From Lysobacterales bacterium (GTDB lineage Bacteria; Pseudomonadota; Gammaproteobacteria; Xanthomonadales; Rhodanobacteraceae): a DNA stretch of 64,000 nucleotides. Position numbers and translations under genes: made by a program. The stretch is from contig JAATFF010000120.1 in assembly GCA_015655335.1 (NCBI GenBank), positions 385 through 64,384 of the forward strand, given 5' to 3'. Every line of letters starts with the position of its first letter. The first letter of the stretch is position 1. The notes under the pieces were generated by a model. It saw only the letters and a list, made by a program, of their open reading frames with translations. It was not told the DNA's origin and ran no database searches. Of this stretch, positions 28,155-38,084 are shown one piece after another.

Positions 28155-28739
28155 ATGCCCGAGTACTTCCAAGCCCGCGAGACAGTTCGAGAAGATGAGG
28201 TCGATGGCCTACTCCTGGCACACTTCGGTCAGCGCGCCGTCGGCTTTTGTCTTGATCTGTTCCTAGTGTGGCTGCTTCGAAAGCCAGTCGAATGGCTCTG
28301 GCAAGTTTACGTGCCCCATGGCTGGGAGAGGCACACGCTCGTTGATCTCGTACACGTGCGTAGCCTGATTGTCCTAGTCACGTATTTTTCTTTGGCGCTG
28401 TATTTTGGAAACGGACAAACGATCGGTAAGTGGCTTGCTCGCACGCGAGTCATCTCGTTAACTCACGAGCGAATGAACCTCTGGCAATCGGTGGAACGTG
28501 CGCTCGGCTATGGAGCTTCATTCCTTGAGCTTGGCTTCGGCTTCATGCAGTTTTTTATCAACCGTAATCGACAGTGCGCCCATGATCGTCTAGCGCAAAC
28601 CATTGTCATCGATGTGCGAGGGTCAATGGAGAAGATTGTTGATGATGCGAAACAGCCCGAGGTTGCAGCTGACGACTTAGAACAAGAGGTGACACGCGCC
28701 GAGCCTATCCGTGACGATTCTGCTCATCATCGGACATAG
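28155..28739 (+). CDS. RDD family membrane protein
   Basis: LA.F.QR.VGFCLD, GQTIGKWL..TRV, RQCAHDRLAQTIV. Confidence 0.85.
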   Translation: MPEYFQARETVREDEVDGLLLAHFGQRAVGFCLDLFLVWLLRKPVEWLWQVYVPHGWERHTLVDLVHVRSLIVLVTYFSLALYFGNGQTIGKWLARTRVISLTHERMNLWQSVERALGYGASFLELGFGFMQFFINRNRQCAHDRLAQTIVIDVRGSMEKIVDDAKQPEVAADDLEQEVTRAEPIRDDSAHHRT

Positions 28740-29409
28740 AGCTCGTGCTCGATCCCATGCCGCCGCCACCGGCACCACCGCCCATACCTCCGCCTCCGCC
28801 ACCTTTTGAATCGCCTCCTCGCGCCGCGCCTTCGCCCTTGCCACGAGTAGCCGATGGGCGCAGTGGGCCTTGTCTGGGAATGGAGAGATGCGGGGGTATC
28901 GGCTCGAGATCGAGTGCCTGGCGAATGAAGTCGCGCAATGAAACAACCAGTTCCGCGGTGTGAATGGGCCGTCCTTCGGCGAGCTCCACGGCGGCGCCTG
29001 CCGCAAGCTTCACTTGTTCTTCGGTGCCAAGCAGGATGATGTCGGACAAGGCGGCTTCGACGGCGTCGCGCATACGCCTGGAGCGATCGGAGCTGTTCGG
29101 CGTGTGCTCGAACGCGGCATTGTCGTTTTCATCGGATGGCGTGCTCCATGCCTCATTGCCATGACCTTGCACGTCACGCAAATGGGTTGGATCGACGCTG
29201 AGCTTTCCGGTAAACGATCCGCCTAGTGTCTTGTACGCGGCGATCAGTGTGCGCAGACGTTCGTTGATCTGCCGGTTCTCGCGCTCACGACGTTGTTGCA
29301 CCGTTTGCATGATCAGCAGACGTATGCCGACCATGACGACCGAGACCAGAGCCAGTCCCATTAACGTTGAAAAGAGCCCTTGCCAGGAACTGAAATCGAG
29401 GTTGCGCAT
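28705..29409 (-). CDS. Hypothetical membrane-anchored protein with Gly-rich C-terminus
   Basis: One N-terminal TM helix, coiled segment RRERENRQINERLRTLIAAYK, RBS GAAGG. Confidence 0.7.
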   Translation of the reverse strand: MRNLDFSSWQGLFSTLMGLALVSVVMVGIRLLIMQTVQQRRERENRQINERLRTLIAAYKTLGGSFTGKLSVDPTHLRDVQGHGNEAWSTPSDENDNAAFEHTPNSSDRSRRMRDAVEAALSDIILLGTEEQVKLAAGAAVELAEGRPIHTAELVVSLRDFIRQALDLEPIPPHLSIPRQGPLRPSATRGKGEGAARGGDSKGGGGGGMGGGAGGGGMGSSTSSMSDDEQNRHG

Positions 29410-29635
29410 AGGGAACCTTCTCCGCTACTTCGCTAGTGTTTGTAAAGCGCATCGGTGGGACTGCGAAACAAATCTGTCCGATTTCTAAGAATTGTGATCC
29501 AGAGAGTAGCGGTTCTCGCCTGCGTATTCGCCCAATGGAACAATGAAAGCGCTGCAGATCCTACACTACGATCCTGTACGCCTGACCGCAGCGTGACGGC
29601 GAGCTTGCCTTGAAGTGGTATCGAAGGAGACCCGC

Positions 29636-30886
29636 ATGCCCATGCGATGGCGTCATGTTGCAAGCACCGGCTTGATCTTCACAATGGTCGCATCCACTCA
29701 TGCAAACGCAGCCGGTGCGCTACAGCAGCAGCTTGCCGACAGCAGTTGTGCAACCTTGCGTGCAGCGGCCGCAGCGGAGCCGGGCGATGGTCCCATGCTG
29801 CTGCCGAGCTATCCCACTTTGTTGAAGCAAAGCGACGACTCGACCCGGGCGCTACAGAACGTGGCCTTCGTCTACGACAACGCCCTGGCAGGCATTGCGC
29901 TCACGGCCTGTGGAGATGCTGATCAGGCGCGCCGCATCGCCGATGCCTTGTTACTAGCTGCCGCACACGATCCCAGCTTCAAAGATGGTCGGTTGCGCAA
30001 TGCTTACCGAGCCGGCCCCACCAGTGCCGACAAAGTCGAGCTGCCGGGCTATTGGCAGAGTCGCGGCAACTACTGGAGTCAGGATCCTTATCAGGTGGGC
30101 ACGGCCACCGGCAATGTCGCATGGGCTGCCTTGCTGCTGCTGACCGTCTATGACAGCAGCCACGATCGTCGTTATCTGGATGCCGCCGCAGCGCAACTGC
30201 ATTGGATCCAGGCCCATACGGCGGGCACGGCGCCGCCTACGGGTTACGAGGGTGGTTTCTTCGGTTACGACAACGCTCAGCGCACGCAGCACTGGAAAGC
30301 CACCGAACACAATATAGACGTCTATGCGGCTGCCATATGGATGAGTCGCGAGGGCGGCGATTCGTCGTTTGCGCAACAGGCGAAGCTGGCTGGCAGCTTC
30401 GTCAATGCGATGTGGGACAACACGCAGCACCACTTTCTGGTCGGTACCCTGGATGACGGCAAGACGCTCTCCCGCGACAAGTCCGGGTTAGATGCTCAAG
30501 TCTGGCCGCTGCTCGCGTTCAATCCACATCCCACTGAATGGAACCAGGTCTGGTCGTGGGTCGAGGCGCAGCATCGCAGCGGCAATGGATACGGCTATCG
30601 GCGTCATCCTGACGGGATATGGACCGAAGGCACGGCGCTGGTCGCTACTGCGCTGGAGGCGAGCGGCAAACCGGTGCCAGACACCGTGTGGCAAGTGCTC
30701 GTTGCGCAAAAAAGCGATGAAGGCATGCTCTACGCCACTCCAAACCCGCGCATCGGCACCGACTTTGCCATTGGCCCAACGTCCACCTACGCGGACTTTT
30801 TCTACTACCACCTGCCGCATCTCGGCGCGACCGCCTGGGCCGTGCTGGCAGCCAAAGCCTGGAACCCATTCACCGGTCACCCGTGA
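29636..30886 (+). CDS. Secreted six-hairpin glycosidase-like hypothetical protein
   Basis: Signal peptide. AFVYDNALA, G..AWAAL, WKATEHNID.YAA, DAQ.W.LLA and IWTEGTA motifs suggest an (alpha/alpha)6 barrel. RBS AAGGAG before ATG 29636. Confidence 0.6.
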   Translation: MPMRWRHVASTGLIFTMVASTHANAAGALQQQLADSSCATLRAAAAAEPGDGPMLLPSYPTLLKQSDDSTRALQNVAFVYDNALAGIALTACGDADQARRIADALLLAAAHDPSFKDGRLRNAYRAGPTSADKVELPGYWQSRGNYWSQDPYQVGTATGNVAWAALLLLTVYDSSHDRRYLDAAAAQLHWIQAHTAGTAPPTGYEGGFFGYDNAQRTQHWKATEHNIDVYAAAIWMSREGGDSSFAQQAKLAGSFVNAMWDNTQHHFLVGTLDDGKTLSRDKSGLDAQVWPLLAFNPHPTEWNQVWSWVEAQHRSGNGYGYRRHPDGIWTEGTALVATALEASGKPVPDTVWQVLVAQKSDEGMLYATPNPRIGTDFAIGPTSTYADFFYYHLPHLGATAWAVLAAKAWNPFTGHP

Positions 30887-31074
30887 GAGCATCTCCTTGA
30901 AGGGCGAATCCAGAGTTCTACATGTCTTGCAGATTTGCGGCAAAGGGTGCCCGGCGACGAACTGCGGCGACTCGCGGCCCAGTCTGCGAGTATAGTTTGG
31001 GAGCTTCATTTGCTTGATCCGCGGTAGCCAGCCGCGGATTCCTCGGTCATTACAAGCCACATGGAGGAAGCAGC

Positions 31075-31392
31075 ATGCGTCGCATCGCAACCGTCATCGT
31101 TACCGCGATCATTCTTGGGGGATCACCCATGACGTCGATCGCCCAGACAGGCTTGAACCAAGTCGCCAAGAGCGTGCGGGAAATCGACAAGAACTTTGAC
31201 GCTGCCGACAAGAACCACGACGGCAAGCTCACGCGAGAAGAGGCCAAGTCCGGGTCCACGCCTTTAATCGCCAACCATTTTGACGCGATGGACGACGGCC
31301 ACAAAGGTTACGTCACCAAAGCCGATGTCCATGCTTTCATTCGACGCAATCTAACGCGCGGTCACGTTGCGCCGGCCAGTTCTTCGTCCTGA
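31075..31392 (+). CDS. Secreted EF-hand protein
   Basis: Signal peptide, DKNHDGKLTREE and DDGHKGYVTKAD loops. Confidence 0.8.
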   Translation: MRRIATVIVTAIILGGSPMTSIAQTGLNQVAKSVREIDKNFDAADKNHDGKLTREEAKSGSTPLIANHFDAMDDGHKGYVTKADVHAFIRRNLTRGHVAPASSSS

Positions 31393-31394
31393 CA

Positions 31395-31859
31395 TTGGCA
31401 TCGAATTCTCCTTCCACAAAGGCCAAAACAGCTTCGCATCTGCGCGATCTTGCTCGGCTGCGCCGCGTTCGCGATCGGATCGATCGGGAGTACGCGCAGC
31501 CGCTGGATGTGGAAGCGCTGGCGCGTGGCGTGCACATGTCGGCCGGTCATCTCAGTCGTCAATTTCGGCTCGCCTATGGCGAGTCGCCTTACTCTTACCT
31601 GATGACGCGGCGCATCGAGCGCGCGATGGCATTGCTTCGTCGTGGCGACCTCAGCGTCACCGAGATCTGTTTCGCGGTCGGTTGCGCGTCGCTGGGCACC
31701 TTCACTACGCGGTTCACCGAGCTGGTCGGCATGTCGCCCGGCACCTATCGACGCCAGCAGACGCACGCGACGGAGGGGATTCCGTCGTGCATGGCGAAAC
31801 AGGTAACGCGACCGATCAGGAATCGAGAAGCGCCGTCCACCGAGCCGGAACTAGACTGA
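31395..31859 (+). CDS. AraC-family regulator (DNA-binding domain only)
   Basis: RDRIDREYAQPLDVEALARG, SPYSYLMTRRIERAMALLR, SVTEICFAVG. Confidence 0.85.
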   Translation: MASNSPSTKAKTASHLRDLARLRRVRDRIDREYAQPLDVEALARGVHMSAGHLSRQFRLAYGESPYSYLMTRRIERAMALLRRGDLSVTEICFAVGCASLGTFTTRFTELVGMSPGTYRRQQTHATEGIPSCMAKQVTRPIRNREAPSTEPELD

Positions 31860-31894
31860 TCGCCATGGACATCCCCAACGCTGAGAGACACCCC

Positions 31895-32305
31895 ATGGAC
31901 ATCACTATTCACTCGAGCTTCCTTGCGCAGAACGATCCGGACGCCGCGCTCGCCTTCTATCGCGATACCCTCGGCTTCGAGGTCCGCAACGACGTCGGAT
32001 ACGGCGGAAAGCGCTGGATCACGGTCGGCCCGACGGGTCAGCCCGGCACCTCCATCGTGCTGTATCCACTGGAAGCCAGTCCCGGCATCACCGACGACGA
32101 ACGACGCACGATTGCCGAGATGATGGCCAAAGGCACCTTCGGCATTCTTCTGCTGGCCACCCACGACCTCAAGGGTACCTTCGAGCGGCTGCAGGCCCTT
32201 AACGCAGACATCGTGCAGGAACCCACCGACCAGCCATACGGGGTTCGCGACTGCGCAGTCCGCGATCCCGCGGGCAACATGATACGTATCCAGCAGCTGC
32301 GCTGA
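31895..32305 (+). CDS. VOC/glyoxalase-bleomycin resistance family protein
   Basis: D.DAALAFYRD.LGFEV, QEPTDQPYGVRDCAVRDPAGN. Confidence 0.9.
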   Translation: MDITIHSSFLAQNDPDAALAFYRDTLGFEVRNDVGYGGKRWITVGPTGQPGTSIVLYPLEASPGITDDERRTIAEMMAKGTFGILLLATHDLKGTFERLQALNADIVQEPTDQPYGVRDCAVRDPAGNMIRIQQLR

Positions 32306-32487
32306 GTCATGCGTCGTGGTGGTGTCACGATGAGCAAAGTCACCGAGACTGAAACTTGACGATGGATCCCCATGGCATTTCGTATGCCATCGGGATCATT
32401 CAAGTTGGGTTCGCGACCGTGACTCCGCGCACGCCATAAGGACGTCGTTGTTATCGCACGCTCATGCGCGCATTCACGGAGGACTGC

Positions 32488-32865
32488 ATGGATTCTGTAT
32501 TGAATAGCATGGTAGTCACAGCATTATTTCTTGTGGCTGCCATCGTTGTAGGACGTCGGCTTGAAAGAACGACAAAGCCCTATGGCTACGCCATATTGAT
32601 GACCCACATAGCGCTATTCGCATTGATTGCAGGCGGGATCATCGCATCGATCTACAAACTCAACAGCGTTACGGAAGGGAAATTCCTTTCAACCATTTCT
32701 CTATATGTGGCTGCGTTGACGTTGCTCGGAAATCTAACTATCGGAACAACTATGGTCATAGCAAGAAAGAAATACAGGACATTGATAACGGTCCACAAGC
32801 TATCGACATCGCTTATGGCTATTTCGATTCTTTCCGGTATTGCCCTTATGGCTTTGCGCCTCTAA
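32488..32865 (+). CDS. AT-rich four-TM hypothetical membrane protein
   Basis: RBS GGAGGA, four hydrophobic segments, visibly lower GC than the flanks. Confidence 0.65.
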   Translation: MDSVLNSMVVTALFLVAAIVVGRRLERTTKPYGYAILMTHIALFALIAGGIIASIYKLNSVTEGKFLSTISLYVAALTLLGNLTIGTTMVIARKKYRTLITVHKLSTSLMAISILSGIALMALRL

Positions 32866-32915
32866 CAACTGGCAAAAAAGATTTGGATTCATGCCAACCC
32901 ATTCCGCGCATCGCT

Positions 32916-35150
32916 TCAGAAGTTGGCATGCAGGTTGACGAAAGCGCTACGCGGCTCTCCGACGAATGCGCCGGCTCCGTTGGCGGCGACGAAATATCGG
33001 CGATCTGTGATGTTGTGAATATTGATGTCGACGCCCCAGAGCGATGTTTCGTAACCAAGCAATGCGTTCACAATCACGTAGGATGGAATCGCATTGACAT
33101 TGGTGATGTCGCTGTAGCTCTTGTCTTGGTAATTCATGCCTAAGCCGGTGCGGAAACCCGGCACGCCAGCGATATGGAAACTGTAGGTCGTCCACAGGTT
33201 CGCCAAGAAATTCGGCGCTCCCTGTGGATGATGGCCGACCGATGTCACGCCCTGTGGGTTGTTCGTGATGAAGGCGTCTTGGCTCGTTGCATTAACCAGG
33301 ATGTGCCATTGATCGGTAAGTGCGGCGTCTGCGGAAGCCTCCGTGCCGCGGGTCTTTTGACTGTCGAAAACGACGGTCTCGATACCATTGATGGTGGTTA
33401 GCGTGGCTACGTTGTCGCGCTTGACGTCGAAAGCGGCCGTATTGACGACCAGCCTGTTATCGAACCAAGCGAATTTGACGCCTGCCTCGTATTGCAACGC
33501 GGATTCCGGCGCGCCAACCCCATTCTGGGTGTTTTCGGAGTTGAAGTTCGAAAGATGGCTTTCCGAAATGCCGACATAGGGCGACATCCAGGAAAAGAGT
33601 TTGTAGAGCGAGCCGACATTCCAACTTATGGGCGCATCGTCGCGTGAATCTTTGACGCCAGCCAGCAAGGGCTGGCCATCGGTCCCGAAGCGGCCTGGAA
33701 CGCTGATCTGCGGCGTCAACGACGTATCCCACCAATCTTGCCGTACACCTGCGCGGATCTTGAGCGCATCCGTGAGATCGATCTGGTCGGTAGCGTAAAG
33801 ACTGTAATAGTTCGCCGCGAGATGATCGTTATCGCAGGAATGTTTTGCATCGCACTTGAATATCACATCGTTCAACGATGTTTCGGGCGGCGTTGGCGCG
33901 AATGCGTCGGGGATATTCGGCAAGTCGGCAGTGCTTCGCTCGGTGTCCAGTTCTTGCCGCTGATATTCGAACCCGGTGAGCAGCGTGTGCTGGATGGTGC
34001 CGGTGGCAAATTTCCAGACGGGCTCCAGTTGATAATCGAGACTGTTGTCGCGATCGTCCTGTTGCCGCAGCTGGCGGTCGACGACTTCACCGTCGCTGAC
34101 TTTGGTGTTGGAGCTGTCGCCGTTGACGAGAACGTCCAGCGTTCGATGCAAGTAGGAGAAACGGTTGTTGATCGTCAGAAAATCATTGACGTTCCACTGG
34201 TCCGCAATAGTGGGGCGCACGACGTTCGAACGAGCCGACGTGAATGGCGACGAGTATTTTGCATCGATGGACACATGCTGGATGGGAGCGCCATCGAAAT
34301 AGATAAGGCCGTAAGAGTCTGGCGTTTCATGGATCTGGCGCAGATCCAGCGCGAAGTCGGTGACGTGATCGCCCCATTGCCATCGAAACGCCGGCCGCAC
34401 TTCGTCGTCGCGGTTGCTTAGTTGGCGAAACCCGTCCGAGTGCGAGAACGTGCCGTCGATGCGGTAGTCGAGTCCACTGATGCCGGTAGGTCCGGTGACA
34501 TAGTCGCTGTTGCTAAAAGTGCCGAACGAACCACCCTGCACGCTGCCGCCGTAATGCAGGGACGATGAGGGTGTGTCATGAACGATGTTGATCGTGCCGC
34601 CGGGCGGCCCGCTGCCGAATAAGGCGGATCCCGGTCCTTCGAGAATTTCGACGCGCTCGACGCCATTCAAGGAATGCGACAGTCCGCTGAGTTCGTCACC
34701 ATCGGAAAACCCGTCGCTATAGATTTGCGCGTTCAAGCCGCGTATCAGGAAATGATCGTAATAGCCTTTGGAATCCTGGCCGCCCGAGTTGATGCCGCTC
34801 GCGTTGTAGGTTGCATCCCTCAACATGGTGGCGCCTTGCTCGGACAGCAGTGCGCGAGGAATGATCTGAACGCTGCCAGGCAGATCTGCCAACTTGGTGT
34901 CGGTCTTGCTGAGCGCGGCATTCTGGTTAGGATCATCGATACGATCGCTTTGAGCCGCCATCGTTCCTTGCACCGGAACCACCGGCAAAGTCACGGCGTT
35001 GTTGGCGTCCTGCGCCCAGAGGTTTGGGACGGACAGCGCGGAGCCAAGCAGCACGGCGAGCATCGTTCGCTTAACCCCCATGCGGGCCAAACTGGATCCA
35101 CAGGCGGAGGTAGCGGAAGCCTTGGGGCTTCTTTCGTAGGCGTACGGCAT
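32916..35150 (-). CDS. TonB-dependent siderophore receptor
   Basis: KTD..L.D.P.SVQIIPR, ERVEIL.GPGSALFGSG.PGGTIN, terminal Phe. Fur-like box upstream. Confidence 0.9.
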   Translation of the reverse strand: MPYAYERSPKASATSACGSSLARMGVKRTMLAVLLGSALSVPNLWAQDANNAVTLPVVPVQGTMAAQSDRIDDPNQNAALSKTDTKLADLPGSVQIIPRALLSEQGATMLRDATYNASGINSGGQDSKGYYDHFLIRGLNAQIYSDGFSDGDELSGLSHSLNGVERVEILEGPGSALFGSGPPGGTINIVHDTPSSSLHYGGSVQGGSFGTFSNSDYVTGPTGISGLDYRIDGTFSHSDGFRQLSNRDDEVRPAFRWQWGDHVTDFALDLRQIHETPDSYGLIYFDGAPIQHVSIDAKYSSPFTSARSNVVRPTIADQWNVNDFLTINNRFSYLHRTLDVLVNGDSSNTKVSDGEVVDRQLRQQDDRDNSLDYQLEPVWKFATGTIQHTLLTGFEYQRQELDTERSTADLPNIPDAFAPTPPETSLNDVIFKCDAKHSCDNDHLAANYYSLYATDQIDLTDALKIRAGVRQDWWDTSLTPQISVPGRFGTDGQPLLAGVKDSRDDAPISWNVGSLYKLFSWMSPYVGISESHLSNFNSENTQNGVGAPESALQYEAGVKFAWFDNRLVVNTAAFDVKRDNVATLTTINGIETVVFDSQKTRGTEASADAALTDQWHILVNATSQDAFITNNPQGVTSVGHHPQGAPNFLANLWTTYSFHIAGVPGFRTGLGMNYQDKSYSDITNVNAIPSYVIVNALLGYETSLWGVDINIHNITDRRYFVAANGAGAFVGEPRSAFVNLHANF

Positions 35151-35185
35151 GGGGCTTCCTTCGGCGAAAAACGTTTAGAAATGCT

Positions 35186-35204
35186 GATGAGAACGATTTC
35201 TATT
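35186..35204 (-). promoter_or_regulatory. Fur box
   Basis: GATGAGAACGATTTCTATT resembles the AATGAGAATnATTnTCATT form of the Fur box; ~35 bp upstream of the receptor start. Confidence 0.65.
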
Positions 35205-35392
35205 CAACTATGCGCCGTGAGTGCCGTGTTCCGCCGATTAGGTTTAAGTCGTGGCGTATTTTTTTTCCGTCGGTTACGAGGACGCAGCCGTGTTCTCGGA
35301 ATCGCGCTTCGCTGAAGGCGCGGCGCTCCGTTCAGTCGGTTATGGATTTAATCCGCGAGCGTTGCACGGCACGCTGGCCGTGCCAAATCTCA

Positions 35393-36136
35393 TTACCAGG
35401 CGTCGATGGATAGCACGGCGATCGGGCGCTTGCTTACGGGCGACATAATTGCCGAATAGCTATTGTCGCCGCGTTGAAGAGGTAGCGCTTCCAGCTTCTG
35501 GGAAGGTACTTCTGCTTGCAGGCGATCGAGGTGAGCCCGTTGCGAATCCGTGGCCTTCTTCAGCGATGCCAATGGCTTGGCGTGTTTCAACAAGGCGTCT
35601 ATGACCTGATCGTAAGGCAAATAATACTGGGGCAACTGATCGATATCCTTGCCGCTCGCCAGCACTTGCATCGCGAAATCGCCGGATCCCGGGCCCTTGG
35701 GCGGAAGAGCACCCACCAGCACCGGTCCGGTCAACGATCGTTTGCGGAATTCGGGTCGATTGCCTTTAGCCAGATCGGCATCGCTGAGCTGTTGGGCTGA
35801 CACCATCACCAGCCGATCAATTTCAGCAACGATGAACACAGGTCGCGCGCCAATGATGACGTGCAGACCGTAGCCGAAGGCGATCGCCTGCAGTACCCCG
35901 ATGACAGTCAGATCCAGCCGCAACAACTTACGCGCCTTATGGCGATTGACCACCAGCAATGTCAGTAGCGGGCCGATGCAAACATCGACACCCATCAGCA
36001 GCAGGATCAGCCCGTTGGCTCCGGCCGCGGCAAAGTAAGGCGACGGAAACCAAACGAAGTAGAGCAGCGCACCTATCAATGCCGCTAATACGATGCTGAT
36101 CAACAGATGGATAGATGCGGCTTTCCAGCGATTCAT
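35393..36136 (-). CDS. TfpX/TfpZ (FimB-like) type IV pilin accessory protein
   Basis: RWKA..IHLLIS, WFP.PYF...G, VDVCIGPLLTL, DL.VI..LQ..A..YG, RPVF. Confidence 0.85.
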   Translation of the reverse strand: MNRWKAASIHLLISIVLAALIGALLYFVWFPSPYFAAAGANGLILLLMGVDVCIGPLLTLLVVNRHKARKLLRLDLTVIGVLQAIAFGYGLHVIIGARPVFIVAEIDRLVMVSAQQLSDADLAKGNRPEFRKRSLTGPVLVGALPPKGPGSGDFAMQVLASGKDIDQLPQYYLPYDQVIDALLKHAKPLASLKKATDSQRAHLDRLQAEVPSQKLEALPLQRGDNSYSAIMSPVSKRPIAVLSIDAW

Positions 36137-36318
36137 AGGTCGAAATAAAGTCGAGTGCGCGGTGGCACGAAATATACGATGCCTTATCGCGATTTGCCTA
36201 TAACGGCGCGTGCACCACTGGCGAAGAGCAGCCTAAACTGCCAGCGGGTCGATAAATCGATGCATCGACCGGCTGAAGTTGCAGCGCCAAACGGACGCCC
36301 AACAAACTGCGGTCTCGC

Positions 36319-37089
36319 CTAAACCGACTTCACTTCCCCGCCATCCATGCGAAGCATGGACCCGGTCATCCACCGCGCCGCCGGCGATACGAGGAAGGCC
36401 ATGAGTTCGGCGATTTCCTCCGGTTCGCCGTACCTTGCAATGCCGGCATCGCGCGGAAAGCGTTCCATCGCTTCGGCGACGGTCATGTTGTGCAAGGGTG
36501 CCCAGTGCTCGAGATAGGAGCGCCGCCTGCCCGTCATGACCGGACCGGGCAAGACGCTGTTGACCTGCACACCATCGCTGATGCCGCGATCCGAAAACGC
36601 TTTGGCCAACGCTGCGATGGCAGCATTGATGGTGCCGACCGCGGCATGCGGGGCCTTTGGAAATATGGCCGAGTTGCCCGACGTGAAAACCACCGAACCC
36701 TTCGCTTTCATGAGCGCGTTCCAGGCCTCGATGGTCAAACGCCGCGCACCGTGCAGCTTGAGCGCCATGCCGCCATCCCATTGCTCGTCAGTCATTTCGA
36801 AAAGATCGATTTGCGGCACGGCGCCGGCAATATTGAGCAATGCATCGATACGACCGAAGGCCGACAAGGTTTTATCGACGACGATCTTTGCCGCCGTCTT
36901 TTCCGCCAGATCGATATCGAGGATCAAGGTCTTTGCGCCTTGATCCTCGACAGCCTTTGCCGTTTCCACCAGATGTTCGCGATTTCTCGCTACCAACACG
37001 ACCGAACCGAAATCCCTGGCAAGACGAATCGCCGTAGCTCGACCGATACCCTGGCTGGCGCCCGTAACGATGGCTGTTGAATGGGACAT
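36319..37089 (-). CDS. SDR family oxidoreductase
   Basis: VTGASQGIG, GRID.LLN.AG, VQVNSVLPGPV.T. Confidence 0.9.
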   Translation of the reverse strand: MSHSTAIVTGASQGIGRATAIRLARDFGSVVLVARNREHLVETAKAVEDQGAKTLILDIDLAEKTAAKIVVDKTLSAFGRIDALLNIAGAVPQIDLFEMTDEQWDGGMALKLHGARRLTIEAWNALMKAKGSVVFTSGNSAIFPKAPHAAVGTINAAIAALAKAFSDRGISDGVQVNSVLPGPVMTGRRRSYLEHWAPLHNMTVAEAMERFPRDAGIARYGEPEEIAELMAFLVSPAARWMTGSMLRMDGGEVKSV

Positions 37090-37125
37090 GGCATTTTCTC
37101 CCGATTCCAATACGCGTGTGATGGT

Positions 37126-37980
37126 TCAGTTGGAAAGGAAATCACGGATAGCATCGGCTATCTCAGTCGCATGCGTTTCCAATGCAAAGTGCCCGGTATC
37201 GAAGAAACGAACCTGCGCATCCGGCATATCGCGTTTGAACGCTTCGGCACCCGGCGGCAGGAAGAACGGATCGTTCTTGCCCCACACCGCTAGAAGGCGC
37301 GGGCGGTGCTGGCGAAAATACGCCTGGAATTTCGGATAAAGTGCCACATTGCTTTGATAGTTGAGGAACAGATCCAGCTGCACGTTATCTGCTCCTTCGC
37401 GCGCCAAGTAGTGATTGTCCAGCGCAATACCGTCGGGTGACACCAGGGACTCGTCGGACACACCATGCGTGTATTGCCAACGTGTTGCTTCCGGGGCCAG
37501 AAATCCGCGCAAGGCTTCGCGGTTTGCATCCGAAGGATCTTTCCAATAGGCCTGGATCGGATTCCAGCCCTCGCTCAGCCCTTCTTCGTAGGCGTTGCCG
37601 TTCTGGGAAATGATTCCCGTAATGCGATCGGGGTGTTTGACGGCGATGCGAAAACCGGTCGGCGCGCCGTAGTCGAAAACATAAATCGCAAAATGATCGA
37701 AACCGACGACTTCGGTAAAGCGATCGATGACATGGGCAATGTTATCGAATGTGTACTTGAACTGCTCGCGCGAAGGCATATCCGACAACCCGAACCCAGG
37801 TAGATCGGGCGCGATGATATGAAAATGGTCGCTCAGCAGCGGAATGAGATCGCGAAACATGTGACTGGAACTCGGAAAACCGTGCAACAGCAACAATTTT
37901 GGCTTTGAGCTGGAACCGGCTTCCCGGTAGAAGATATTGAAGCCGTCGACGTTGGCATGGCGGTAGCGAAGGGTAGACAT
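37126..37980 (-). CDS. Alpha/beta hydrolase (epoxide hydrolase/haloalkane dehalogenase-like)
   Basis: LLHGFPSSS.MFR, APDLPGFG, FDYGAP, DTGHFALE. Confidence 0.9.
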   Translation of the reverse strand: MSTLRYRHANVDGFNIFYREAGSSSKPKLLLLHGFPSSSHMFRDLIPLLSDHFHIIAPDLPGFGLSDMPSREQFKYTFDNIAHVIDRFTEVVGFDHFAIYVFDYGAPTGFRIAVKHPDRITGIISQNGNAYEEGLSEGWNPIQAYWKDPSDANREALRGFLAPEATRWQYTHGVSDESLVSPDGIALDNHYLAREGADNVQLDLFLNYQSNVALYPKFQAYFRQHRPRLLAVWGKNDPFFLPPGAEAFKRDMPDAQVRFFDTGHFALETHATEIADAIRDFLSN

Positions 37981-38084
37981 GCGAGTTCTCCTCGGTGACG
38001 AAACAGTTTTAAGATGAGTACGTACTGTGTGGCGTTCACCGAGCGGATGACGTGCACTGCGCTCACTGAACTGACGAAAGTCGA

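Noticed and set aside
31863-31903. Direct repeat CCATGGACATC x2
   Set aside because: Short and gives only an alternative start; no further structure.
31367-32305. 312-aa ORF as a single protein
   Set aside because: The 5' part overlaps the AraC gene in another frame; VOC homology begins only at ATG 31895.
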